Under the pieces are notes generated by a model. The model did no database searches, was not told where the DNA came from, and saw only the letters and a list, made by a program, of their open reading frames with translations. 64,000 nucleotides of DNA from an uncultured Holophagales bacterium. GTDB lineage: Bacteria > Acidobacteriota > Thermoanaerobaculia > Multivoradales > UBA5704. The stretch covers positions 196,602 to 260,601 of the forward strand of contig CAWJGT010000014.1 of assembly GCA_963842525.1 (NCBI GenBank), given 5' to 3'. Each line of letters opens with the position of its first letter. The first letter of the stretch is position 1. The translations under genes and the position numbers were made by a program. Shown piece by piece: positions 8,347-16,794 of the stretch.

Positions 8347-10415
8347 TCAGAGATCAGAGGAGAATGGGAGCAGCACGACCCGAAAGCCTATGAGCCTGAA
8401 ACGGTCCGAAGGATCGTTCCTGAAGCGGATGGCGCAACGCACATACGTAGAATCGTAGAGGTAAGCGCCGCCCCGCAACACACGGGGGCCGGAGGATGTC
8501 GGATCCTCGCGGCCATCCAGCGGATCGTATGGGTAACCGATCGGCTTGTTCCACGCTTTTCCCCACAAGCTCCGCGTCCACTCCCACACGTTGCCGCTCA
8601 TCTCCTCGCAGCCGTACGGACTGGCCCCACCTGGGAAACAACCGACCGGGCTCGGCTCCCCGATCCGGGTTTCGTCGTAATTCGCCCGCTCCGGGTCCGC
8701 CTTCTCGCCCCATGGATACCTGCTCCCCTCTGCCCCCCTTGCTGCCTTCTCCCACTCCGCTTCTGAAGGCACTGCCGCGGTCAGCTCACCGCGGGCGAGC
8801 CGTTCCCGGAATGCTTCACCGCAACATCGTCGACCACGCGCGACTGCGCCAGCTCGCGCAGCCTCCCGGTCAGCCACCGGCCGTAAGCCAGGGCGTCGTG
8901 CCAGGAAACGCCGACAATAGGATGGTTCACCACCCCCTCCAGAGCCTCCGGCGGAACCTCGTGCCCGCTCTGCACCACGAAGGCCCGAAACTGCTCCACC
9001 GTCACCGGATAGCGAGCCATACCAGAACGCACCGGCGGGCACCTCCACGAAACCCATGAAGGGGTCCCGCGGCAGGAACCACCGCTCCGGATCGAACCGC
9101 GAATCGCCCAGCCTCGCCAGCGTCTTGCCGGCCAGCGCCCGCCGTGCCAGGACGGTCCCCCTGGGCGGCGTGGACTTCGAAGGCCAGCTCTTCCAACGCC
9201 TGCCGCAGCTTTTCCTTGCCTACGTCCAGGTACTGCGCCAGGCTTGGCTGGAGCGCCGGCCGGCCCTGGGCGTCGTGGATCACCCGGTGGCGCTCCCAGC
9301 GGTCGAGGAGCAGCTCGACGGTCTCGGCGTAGAGCTCCTCACGTTCTCCGGCAGGTCCGCGCCCCGCCAGGCGTGGAGGCACGCCATCAGCGTCAACAGG
9401 AGAGGCCGGCCGGCCAGCTCGCGCAGGTGCTCGCGGCTGAAGATCGCCTGCCGCAAGTGCGCGGCCTTCCCCTCGACGTCCGCCCGGAGCCTTCCCACCT
9501 GCGCGGAGTGTGCGTACCAGCGGGCGACGAAGCGCTGGATCTGGCCGTCGCTGAACGGGGCGAGCACCGCCTCGGCGAAGCCGCGCAGTTTCCAGTCCTG
9601 CTTCTGGTAGGCATAGGTACGGCTGGTGAGGAGCACCCGGCACTTCCCGAAGCTCCGTGCAAAGTCCTCCACCGCCTCGCGGATCTGCTCCCGGCGTTGC
9701 TCTGCCTCTGGAACCTCGTCGAGGCCGTCCAGCAGGATGAGGCCGCCCGTCTCCTGGAGATGCTTGTACAGGAGGCCGGTACAGCCGCCGAGACTCGCTT
9801 TCGCCAGCGTCCCTGCAACGAAGTCCCACAGATGGCTCGCGGTGGCCTTGACTCCGACCGTCGGCAGGCCCTCGGCCGCGAAGTCCCGCAACACCACACG
9901 TACAGGGAGAAGAGGCCCGTGATCCCAAGGCTGGGGCTCCTTCTCATCCTCCCCCTGGTTGTCCGGCAGCGGTGCCCGCAGGAGGTCGAGCCCAACCTGC
10001 GGCGGGCCCAACGCCTCGCCTGCCAGGCACAGCGCCACAAAGTTGACGAACGTGCTCTTGCCGCTGCCGGGATCGCCCAGCAGCACCAGGCGGGGGTGCC
10101 GGTTGAGCTGCTCCAAGGCCGAGAGGTTCCGCTGCCCACGCTCGAAAGAGGCGGGCAACTCGCGGTCCTCGCGCGGCGCGAGCGTGAGCAGGGCCGTATA
10201 TACGGCGTCGAGGCTCATGCCGGCCTCCCCGTCTCCGCCGGCCGAGGCCTTGTCGATCCCGGCGAGCGACAGCGCCGCGGTCTCCTGGTAGAGGCGGGTG
10301 AGATAGGCCCGGCGCAGCGCCGCGGGATCGACGGCCGAGCCCCGGCCCTCCCGGGGTGCGACGACGAGATCGCCGTGGACGTCTCCGCGGACGATCACGC
10401 TCCCCGCGCCGCAGG
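8347..10415 (-). pseudogene. decayed NACHT NTPase + FGE-sulfatase/CLec gene (DGR-target-like architecture)
   Basis: pieces in several frames: GDPGSGKST (Walker A), LLDGLDEV (Walker B), LTSR, RPLLLTL, then [48 protein letters not shown]; frameshifts, apparent internal deletions, 5' end cut at ~10415. Confidence 0.8.
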
Positions 10416-10416
10416 A

Positions 10417-10718
10417 ACCATCAAGGAGTGGATCAAGATCCGGGCGCGGCAACAGCAGATCGGGGAGCTCCACCCGGGAGATCGAGAGGACGGTGGCGCG
10501 GCTGGAGGCGCGGGAGCAGGAGCTGCTTGATCGGATCCAGAACCTGGAGACCATCGTCGTCGAGCCAGACGTGGAACGCGCTGCATGACACGGGGCTCTC
10601 CGCAGCGGACCGGGAGCTGAAGGTCGCCTCCACGGCCCGGCGCGAGCTGAAGCCCGTGGAGTCCGACGACGCCAACCGCCAGAGGGCCGAGCAGCTCGCC
10701 CGCCGTCTGCAGGGATGA
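10417..10718 (+). pseudogene. 5'-truncated, frameshifted duplicate of gene 15187-15537
   Basis: near-identical DNA to ~15238-15537; one extra G near 10562. Confidence 0.85.
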
Positions 10719-10808
10719 GGCGGCTCTCCCAAGAACCTCACCCCCTGTCCCCCTCGGTCCCAGGCGCCCTTCCGTACCCCCTCGACGTTACGGTAAGCTC
10801 CCCCTCCG

Positions 10809-11999
10809 ATGAAACAGCACCGTCGGAAGACACGACGCCGGGACCGATTCTCACCGCAACAGGAGAGAAAGAACCGACCACCCGAGACATCAAGCGAGCC
10901 CCTGCCGGAGGGCGAGGAATGGGTGGATTGGGGCGGCCAGTTGATCTGGGCCGTCGACTTCACCTCGGGCGGCGCCCCCTACGGTCTGTCCTTCGAAGAA
11001 CACCGCGAGATGGAGACCGATTACGGGTATCGACAGGGCGCCGGGTGGGCCCGGGCGCGGCGGCTTCTCCAGGATGTGTTTGCGCATCCGCCCGGCGACA
11101 GGACCAGGGTCGAAATCGGCCGGGTGAGCTACTTGGGCGAGGGGATCTGGCGCAGGGCCTATACCGCCGAGGTGAACCTCGTGCCAGACCCGGGCCGCCT
11201 CAGCGGACCCTACGTCGTGCTGCTGACCAAGGCGGACGCCGAGCCCTCGTTCGATGACCGGGTGCGGTTCGAAGCCCGGCTGCTCCTCCGCCTCCCTTCT
11301 CTGCGCCTGCCGTTGCGGACACCCCGGCTCCTGGGCCTCCTTCCCAATGCGGGCCGGCCGGCGATCCTGGAATCTGGAGTGGCCGGCGTTCCGCTGGACC
11401 TGCGGGCCGGGCGGCAAGGCGGCGTCCGTCCCTGGGAGGTCGTGGCCCATGTGGCGGCGGCCGTGCACTCCGCCGATCTCCAGCCCCTCGCATCCACGGA
11501 GACTCCCGCCTGGAGCATGCCGGGGTATCCGACCCGCAGAGAGCACGCGCTGGCGGAGCTCACGGCTTTCGAGGATCTGTCCGAGCCTCTGGTCCAAAAG
11601 GCTCATGCCTGGGCCCTGGAGCACCTTCCGCCGGCGGAGCCCTCTGCCCTCATCCACGGCGACCTCCTCGGCCAGAACATCCTGCTCGCTCCGGGACAAC
11701 CTACGGGGCTCATCGACTGGGAAAATGCGCGGCTGGGCGATCCGGCCTATGACCTGGCGATCATCACAAGAGGAGGCCGGCAGCCTTTCAAGATCGACCG
11801 CGGGCTCGACCGGCTGCTGGAAGCCTATGCCACCGGTGCCCCGGAGGTCCGGAAAGAGCACGTGCGTGTCTACGAGCTCTGCCTGCTGACGCGCTGGTAC
11901 CGGGAATCCCTCGACCCGCGCGTCCGCAGCCATCCTCCCGAGGAGCTGCTCGGTCGTCTTCGCAGACACTTCTGCAGAGTGACGGAAGCTCGATCGTAG
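10809..11999 (+). CDS. aminoglycoside phosphotransferase (APH/choline kinase-like) family protein
   Basis: LGEG P-loop-like, IHGDLLGQNILL, IDWE, GDPAYDLA. Confidence 0.8.
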   Translation: MKQHRRKTRRRDRFSPQQERKNRPPETSSEPLPEGEEWVDWGGQLIWAVDFTSGGAPYGLSFEEHREMETDYGYRQGAGWARARRLLQDVFAHPPGDRTRVEIGRVSYLGEGIWRRAYTAEVNLVPDPGRLSGPYVVLLTKADAEPSFDDRVRFEARLLLRLPSLRLPLRTPRLLGLLPNAGRPAILESGVAGVPLDLRAGRQGGVRPWEVVAHVAAAVHSADLQPLASTETPAWSMPGYPTRREHALAELTAFEDLSEPLVQKAHAWALEHLPPAEPSALIHGDLLGQNILLAPGQPTGLIDWENARLGDPAYDLAIITRGGRQPFKIDRGLDRLLEAYATGAPEVRKEHVRVYELCLLTRWYRESLDPRVRSHPPEELLGRLRRHFCRVTEARS

Positions 12000-12092
12000 G
12001 GTGGTTCCCGGGGTGCTACCATTCTCCTCAGCAAAATCAGGAGCCCGGAATGACCCGAGCCTCCAAATCCGGTTCAACGAAAAGGAGCCGTC

Positions 12093-12275
12093 ATGAAGAA
12101 GAACGTCAAGAAGCTGCGCCTTCATCGCGACACCTTGGCTCTCCTTGATCCCAAGGTCGTCGCCGCCCACGTCGGAGGCGCCGCGGCGGTCGTGACCAGT
12201 TGCACCTATCCCTGCAACTGCCCGACCGGCTGTTCGGACGAGCAGATGTGCATCGAGACAGGCCTCCTCGATTAG
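12093..12275 (+). CDS. putative RiPP precursor peptide (KKLxL leader, GG site, Cys/Thr/Ser-rich core)
   Basis: AAAGGAG RBS; MKKNVKKLRLHRDTLALL..VGG|AAAVVTSCTYPCNCPTGCSDEQMCIETGLLD. Confidence 0.7.
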   Translation: MKKNVKKLRLHRDTLALLDPKVVAAHVGGAAAVVTSCTYPCNCPTGCSDEQMCIETGLLD

Positions 12276-12329
12276 CGGACCAGGGGCACCGTCCGGGCTT
12301 CCGACGGCGGCGCTCGGGATCAGGCTGGC

Positions 12330-12900
12330 CTTGGATGCTCCGCGGGTCTCACGGGAGGCGATCCGCGACTCGATAGACGGAAACGGCGTCACACGGAAGG
12401 TGCTGAGGATCTCGCGGTCCGCGATCCGGATGGCATTGACCACGTTCGAGGTCACGTCGTCCGTGGTCCGGCCCGCGGTGCTCGCGTTCCGCAGGGCACT
12501 GCCTGCGGTCAACGGCTCAGGGTACGCGGTCACTGCCACATGGTACGCGAACAACGGCGTGCTGGATGCGTTCCGAGGCCCGTTGTTCGCGGTCCGTGTG
12601 ACGCTGAACGCGATCTGAGGCTCGTTGTCGGCGTCCAAGGGCTCGCGCAACGCGGTCAGCGTCCCGTTGTCCGCGATCCGTGCTCCGTGCGATGCATCCA
12701 ACGAGCCGTTGAACGCGGTCCGCGGCTTGTTGTTCACGGACAACGGCTTGTTGAACACGGTCAGCGTCTCGTGGAACGCGAGCAATGGCTCATTGTCCGG
12801 TGCCGGAGCCTCGTCGCTCGCGGACGGCGGCACGTGGAACACGGTCAGCGTCTCTTGGAACGCGGTCAATGCCTTCCGTAAGATGGGAAACAACGCTCTG
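12330..12900. repeat. degenerate 21-nt tandem array
   Basis: units such as TTGAACGCGGTCCGCGGCTTG, TTGAACACGGTCAGCGTCTCG, TGGAACGCGAGCAATGGCTCA; clearest at 12604-12876. Confidence 0.7.
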
Positions 12901-12989
12901 ATCGCGGTCCGGGTCGAGCGGAGGGCGTCCCGTGGCTCTCTGGAAGGAGACGGAGCCGGGTGGAAGCGAGCCGGTGAGATGAGGAGAGG

Positions 12990-13024
12990 AAAAAGGGAGG
13001 GGGCGTATGGCAGCACGCCCCCTC
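12990..13024 (-). terminator. intrinsic terminator of gene 13035-13445
   Basis: 10-bp stem GAGGGGGCGT/ACGCCCCCTC followed by TTTTT on the minus strand, about 10 nt after the stop. Confidence 0.75.
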
Positions 13025-13034
13025 GGAAGAGGAT

Positions 13035-13445
13035 CTACTTCGCGCCGTCAGGAGCAGGGGTCGAGCTGGTCGTTTCGGTGGCCGCCGTAGGCGGGGTCTC
13101 AGGCTGTTCCGGCTTCTTCTTCTTGATCCGGCCGCGGAAGGGCTGTATGCCAAACTCCACCAGCTTCTCGCTGCGGTTGCCGTAGTGCTCCCGCGCCGCG
13201 GTCCGCACGAGATCCGACAGCGCTTCCCCTTCTCGCAGGATCTGCTGCAGCCTCCTGGTCGCCTCCTGTTTGCTCGCCGTCAGAGCACTCTGCTCGGCGA
13301 TGAGGCTGCGCGCCTCCCCCAGCCGGCTCGTCAGCTTCGCAACCGGCGCCCCCAGGTGCGGCAGGTCGGCCGCATTGGCGATTGCCGCTGCGCACGACTG
13401 CTCCCAGCCATTCGTCACGTTCATATACCGGCGTACACGGGCCAT
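13035..13445 (-). CDS. hypothetical helical/coiled-coil protein (136 aa)
   Basis: ATG at 13445 after GAAAGGAAGGT; SEKLVEFGIQPFRGR and P/T-rich tail; has its own promoter and terminator. Confidence 0.75.
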   Translation of the reverse strand: MARVRRYMNVTNGWEQSCAAAIANAADLPHLGAPVAKLTSRLGEARSLIAEQSALTASKQEATRRLQQILREGEALSDLVRTAAREHYGNRSEKLVEFGIQPFRGRIKKKKPEQPETPPTAATETTSSTPAPDGAK

Positions 13446-13550
13446 ACCTTCCTTCCTTTCTCTCCGTTTCCGGAGAGGAATCCGGCACCCGGAATGGACG
13501 CCGGAAGATACACACCTCGTTCGACAGTGCCCCATCTGTCGAATGAATTC

Positions 13551-13579
13551 ATTCTACGCAGATGTGCGGACTATGTCAA
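13551..13579 (-). promoter_or_regulatory. sigma70-type promoter TTGACA-N17-TAGAAT with overlapping palindrome
   Basis: TGTCAA at 13574-79 and ATTCTA at 13551-56 on + strand; GAATGAATTCATTC palindrome at 13541-54. Confidence 0.7.
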
Positions 13580-13750
13580 CACTCTAGATGCACGACATGC
13601 ATGGATACAGGTGGACACACCTGGACTCGGGTGGCAAGGCGTTGTCAGACGGCGATCCTTCGCGGCGAATCTCTCTTTGGACCTGAGAGGGCGAGGCAAT
13701 GTAACGATTGCATCCCTCGCCTCGCCTGATTCAGGGGCAAGGAGAACATC

Positions 13751-15056
13751 GTGAACGCAACAACTGTCAGACTCCCGGAGCGGTCCGCAAACATCTTCAT
13801 CAACTACCGCCGCGAGGACAGCGCGGGCCACGCGGGGCGGCTCTTCGATGGCCTGAGCGATCACTTCCCCGGCCGCCTGTTCATGGACGTCGATACTCTG
13901 GAGCCCGGCGTCGATTTCGTCGACGCCATCGAGAAGGCGGTCGGCTCGTGCGAGGTGCTGATCGTGGTCATCGGCAGCGAATGGCTGACCCTCACGGATG
14001 CGACCGGGAAACGGCGCCTCGACGATTCCGGAGACTTCGTGCGCCTGGAAGTCGAGTCCGCCCTCGCGCGCAACATCCGGGTCATCCCCGTGCTGGTGCA
14101 GGACACCCCCATGCCGCGTGCCGGGGAGTTGCCGGCTTCTCTCGCCCGGCTGGCCCGGCGCAACGCCATCGAGCTGCAGCGATGCCCGGTGGGCCTACGA
14201 CGTGGACCGCCTCGCACAGACGATCCGGGAGATCCTGCGAGGGAAGGATGACCCGCACCCCGTACTTGAACAGCGGTTGGAGGCGCCACCCCCGGTGCCG
14301 CCTGAAGGTAACGCGAGACCGAGACCCCGGAGGTTCGTCCTCGCCGCCGCCTTGTTGCTATCGGTGGTCGCGCTGGCGTCCGGCGGGTGGATTGGGGGAA
14401 AGACCCTGACGAGCGACGGCGGATCCGCGGAGATCCGCACGGAGGGCGGCGCTAGTAGCGTTAGCGTTCCAGCTCAGCCCGCGACGGTCGATCCCGGCCC
14501 GAGCCCCGAGACCGGCGAACCGATCGGGAATCCCGTCCTCCCCGAAGCCACGGAGCCTGCTCCAAAACGGCGGCCCGCCGAGAAGCCCTATAACCCTCCA
14601 CCTGTTGTGGTTCGCGTTCCTACCGAGCCCACCGGGATCCTTGTGACCGATCCGCCTGTTGCGCCGCCCGTTCACGCTGAGGACGTGCAACCGCCGCAGG
14701 CCACGATCACTTCGCCACGCAACGGAGCCAAGGTCGGCAAGCAGATCCTGGTCGAAGGCGTCCTCTCCGGGCTGAGTACCGGCCAGAGGGTCTTCCTTTG
14801 CGTCAAGTCGATCCAGGACGTCTACTACCCTCAGGGGGAGCTGCCGCCAGCCGATGGCCCATGGTCGATGAAGGCCAACAGCTCGGACCAGGCCTACGAA
14901 ATCTCTGTCGTGCTCGCCACCAGTCCGCAAGCGGTCGCGGCCTTGAACGATCGGAGCAATCGGGAGCAAGGCCTGCGCAACCTGCCCGAGGATGCATCCA
15001 TCCTGCGTGTCGTCAAGGTGGAACGGAAGTGGTGGACGCGAATGAAACCCGCCTGA
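13751..15056 (+). CDS. TIR-domain (TIR_2-like) membrane protein with Pro-rich linker and C-terminal beta domain; frameshift at ~14177
   Basis: IFINYRREDS, FMDVDTLEPGVDF, DFVRLEV, VIPVLV; removing C14177 gives ELSDARW and joins the two ORFs; TM FVLAAALLLSVVALA. Confidence 0.75.
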
Positions 15057-15186
15057 GCGGCAGGCTTCTGGAGTGAAGGGAACGCCCCCCAATGCGATCG
15101 AACGGAGACGGTTTGTGATGCGAGCTCTCTGAAACGGGCGCCATGCCGCGCCGGGAGATACAATGTCCCTCGGGAGGTAGACGACC

Positions 15187-15537
15187 ATGGGCCAATGGGT
15201 GTGGGTGTTGATCCCGATCGTGGCCATCCTGGCGGGCACCATCAAGGAGTGGATCAAGATCCGGTCGCGGCAGCAGCAGATCGGGAGCTCCACCCGGGAG
15301 ATCGAGAGGATGGTGGCGCGGCTGGAGGCGCGGGAGCAGGAGCTGCTTGATCGGATCCAGAACCTGGAGACCATCGTCGTCAGCCAGACGTGGGACGCGC
15401 TCCATGACAAGGGGCTCTCCACGGCGGATCGGGAGCTGAGGGTCGCCTCCACGGCCCGGCGCGAGCTGAAGCCTGTGGAGTCCGACGACGCCAACCGCCA
15501 GAGGGCCGAGCAGCTCGCCCGCCGTCTGCAGGGATGA
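15187..15537 (+). CDS. small membrane-anchored coiled-coil protein
   Basis: GGAGG RBS; N-terminal TM; RIQNLETIV coiled coil. Confidence 0.7.
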   Translation: MGQWVWVLIPIVAILAGTIKEWIKIRSRQQQIGSSTREIERMVARLEAREQELLDRIQNLETIVVSQTWDALHDKGLSTADRELRVASTARRELKPVESDDANRQRAEQLARRLQG

Positions 15538-15554
15538 GGCGGCTCTCCCAAGAA

Positions 15555-15762
15555 CCTCACCCCCTGTCCCCCTCTCCCATCGCCCCCCCGCCGGCCGGGA
15601 GAGGGGGGACGCATGCGAAGCGTTCGAGGCAAGGACGTTCCGATTTCTCCTCCGCCAACTTGCCCGATCGCACTCTGCCAGGTTCGCCGTATATTGCCTC
15701 CTCTACGTCCCCCCTCTCCCGGGGGAAGGGGGGGCGATGGGAGAGGGGGACAGGGGGTGAGG
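15555..15762. repeat. REP-like inverted pair (CCTCACCCC..CCCTCTCCC family)
   Basis: CCTCACCCCCTGTCCCCCTCTCCCATCGCCC ... GGGCGATGGGAGAGGGGGACAGGGGGTGAGG; partial copy at 10736-10755. Confidence 0.85.
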
Positions 15763-15847
15763 CCCCAAAACCCCCGACCCTCCTCGTCCGTATGGGTATA
15801 CTCGAAGAGACCCCCGGGCGCCCGGGGATGTCCGAAGGAGCCGACGA

Positions 15848-16681
15848 GTGGCCAATGAGAGCGCGACCGGGCGGGACATCATCCTCGCCATCGCGGACAA
15901 CATGCGACAGAGCCTCGAGCCGCTGGTCACCGAGACCATCGCGCCGAGCCTGTACCAGGTCTACCTCCACGGTGAGGACTACGACCGCCTGCGCACCCTC
16001 TTCTCCAAGCTGGAGGCCGAGGCCCAGAAGCTGCTCGACGCCGAGCTCGAGCGGCTGAATCACGGCTCGACCCCGGTCTTCAAGCGCCTCCTGGGCCGCA
16101 AGGAGACAGGCGAGCCGTCCATGCGCTACCTGAGCGCCGAAGGCCGGTGGTACATCCGATTCCAGGAGGACCCGAACGGCCGGCTCAACCCGGGCGACGT
16201 CGAGGTGGTCTCCGAGTTTGCCCAGCTCCCGTCGGAGGGCTACGGGTCCGGCTCCAAGACCCGCCGCATCTCGACCACCCGCCGCCTCGGCCAGACGGTC
16301 AGCCGGCGGGAGATGACCGACACGCAGACGGCCTGGGCCCGCATCAATTATCAGGACAACCGCGGGCCGCAGACCTATCTGATGACCAAGGACGAGATCG
16401 TCATCGGCCGCGAGGCTCCGGACGTCTGGGTCGACCTCCGCCTCGACACGCTGCCGGACGTCTCGCGCGAGCACGCCCGCCTGCAGCGCCTCCCTACGGG
16501 TCAGTTCCGCTTGAAGGACCTCTCCAAGCTGGGCACCACGGTGGACCGCGCGCCCATCCCGCGCAGCCTGGAGACGGTGAGCGGCGAGGCGCGCGACCTG
16601 GACCGCTGGCAGGACCTCCCGGGCAAATGCCGCATCGGCCTCGCCGGGGTCGTCTATCTGGACTTCGAGAAGCTGGCATGA
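15848..16681 (+). CDS. FhaA-like protein (N-terminal DUF3662-like region + C-terminal FHA domain)
   Basis: APSLYQVYLHGEDY; IVIGR, DVSREHARL, LKDLSKLGT FHA motifs. Confidence 0.8.
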   Translation: MANESATGRDIILAIADNMRQSLEPLVTETIAPSLYQVYLHGEDYDRLRTLFSKLEAEAQKLLDAELERLNHGSTPVFKRLLGRKETGEPSMRYLSAEGRWYIRFQEDPNGRLNPGDVEVVSEFAQLPSEGYGSGSKTRRISTTRRLGQTVSRREMTDTQTAWARINYQDNRGPQTYLMTKDEIVIGREAPDVWVDLRLDTLPDVSREHARLQRLPTGQFRLKDLSKLGTTVDRAPIPRSLETVSGEARDLDRWQDLPGKCRIGLAGVVYLDFEKLA

Positions 16682-16794
16682 CGACGCTCTATTACGCCCG
16701 CTGGGCGTTCCTGCTCGTCCTCCTGGTCCTGGCGGTGGTGCTCGTCGGCCTGGCGGTCTTGGAACGCGGCGGGAGGAACGGGACACGGCTTTGA
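16678..16794 (+). CDS. 38-aa single-TM microprotein
   Basis: ATGA overlap with the FHA gene and TTGA overlap with the phosphatase; MTTLYYARWAFLLVLLVLAVVLVGLAVLERGGRNGTRL. Confidence 0.6.
   Translation: MTTLYYARWAFLLVLLVLAVVLVGLAVLERGGRNGTRL

Noticed and set aside
6951-8760. Complete DGR cassette (TR + RT + Avd)
   Set aside because: No reverse transcriptase motifs in the window and neither repeat is uniformly A at the variable sites
12330-12900. CRISPR array
   Set aside because: No identical repeats separated by unique spacers and no cas genes
10890-13016. 708-aa minus-strand ORF
   Set aside because: Starts inside a terminator hairpin and runs antisense through the APH and peptide genes; likely a shadow of high-GC coding plus the 21-nt array
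15534-16058. ORFs translated from CCTCACCCC REP elements (PHPLSPSP.., GRGGDGRGGQGVR)
   Set aside because: Recurring peptide is just the repeat read in frame
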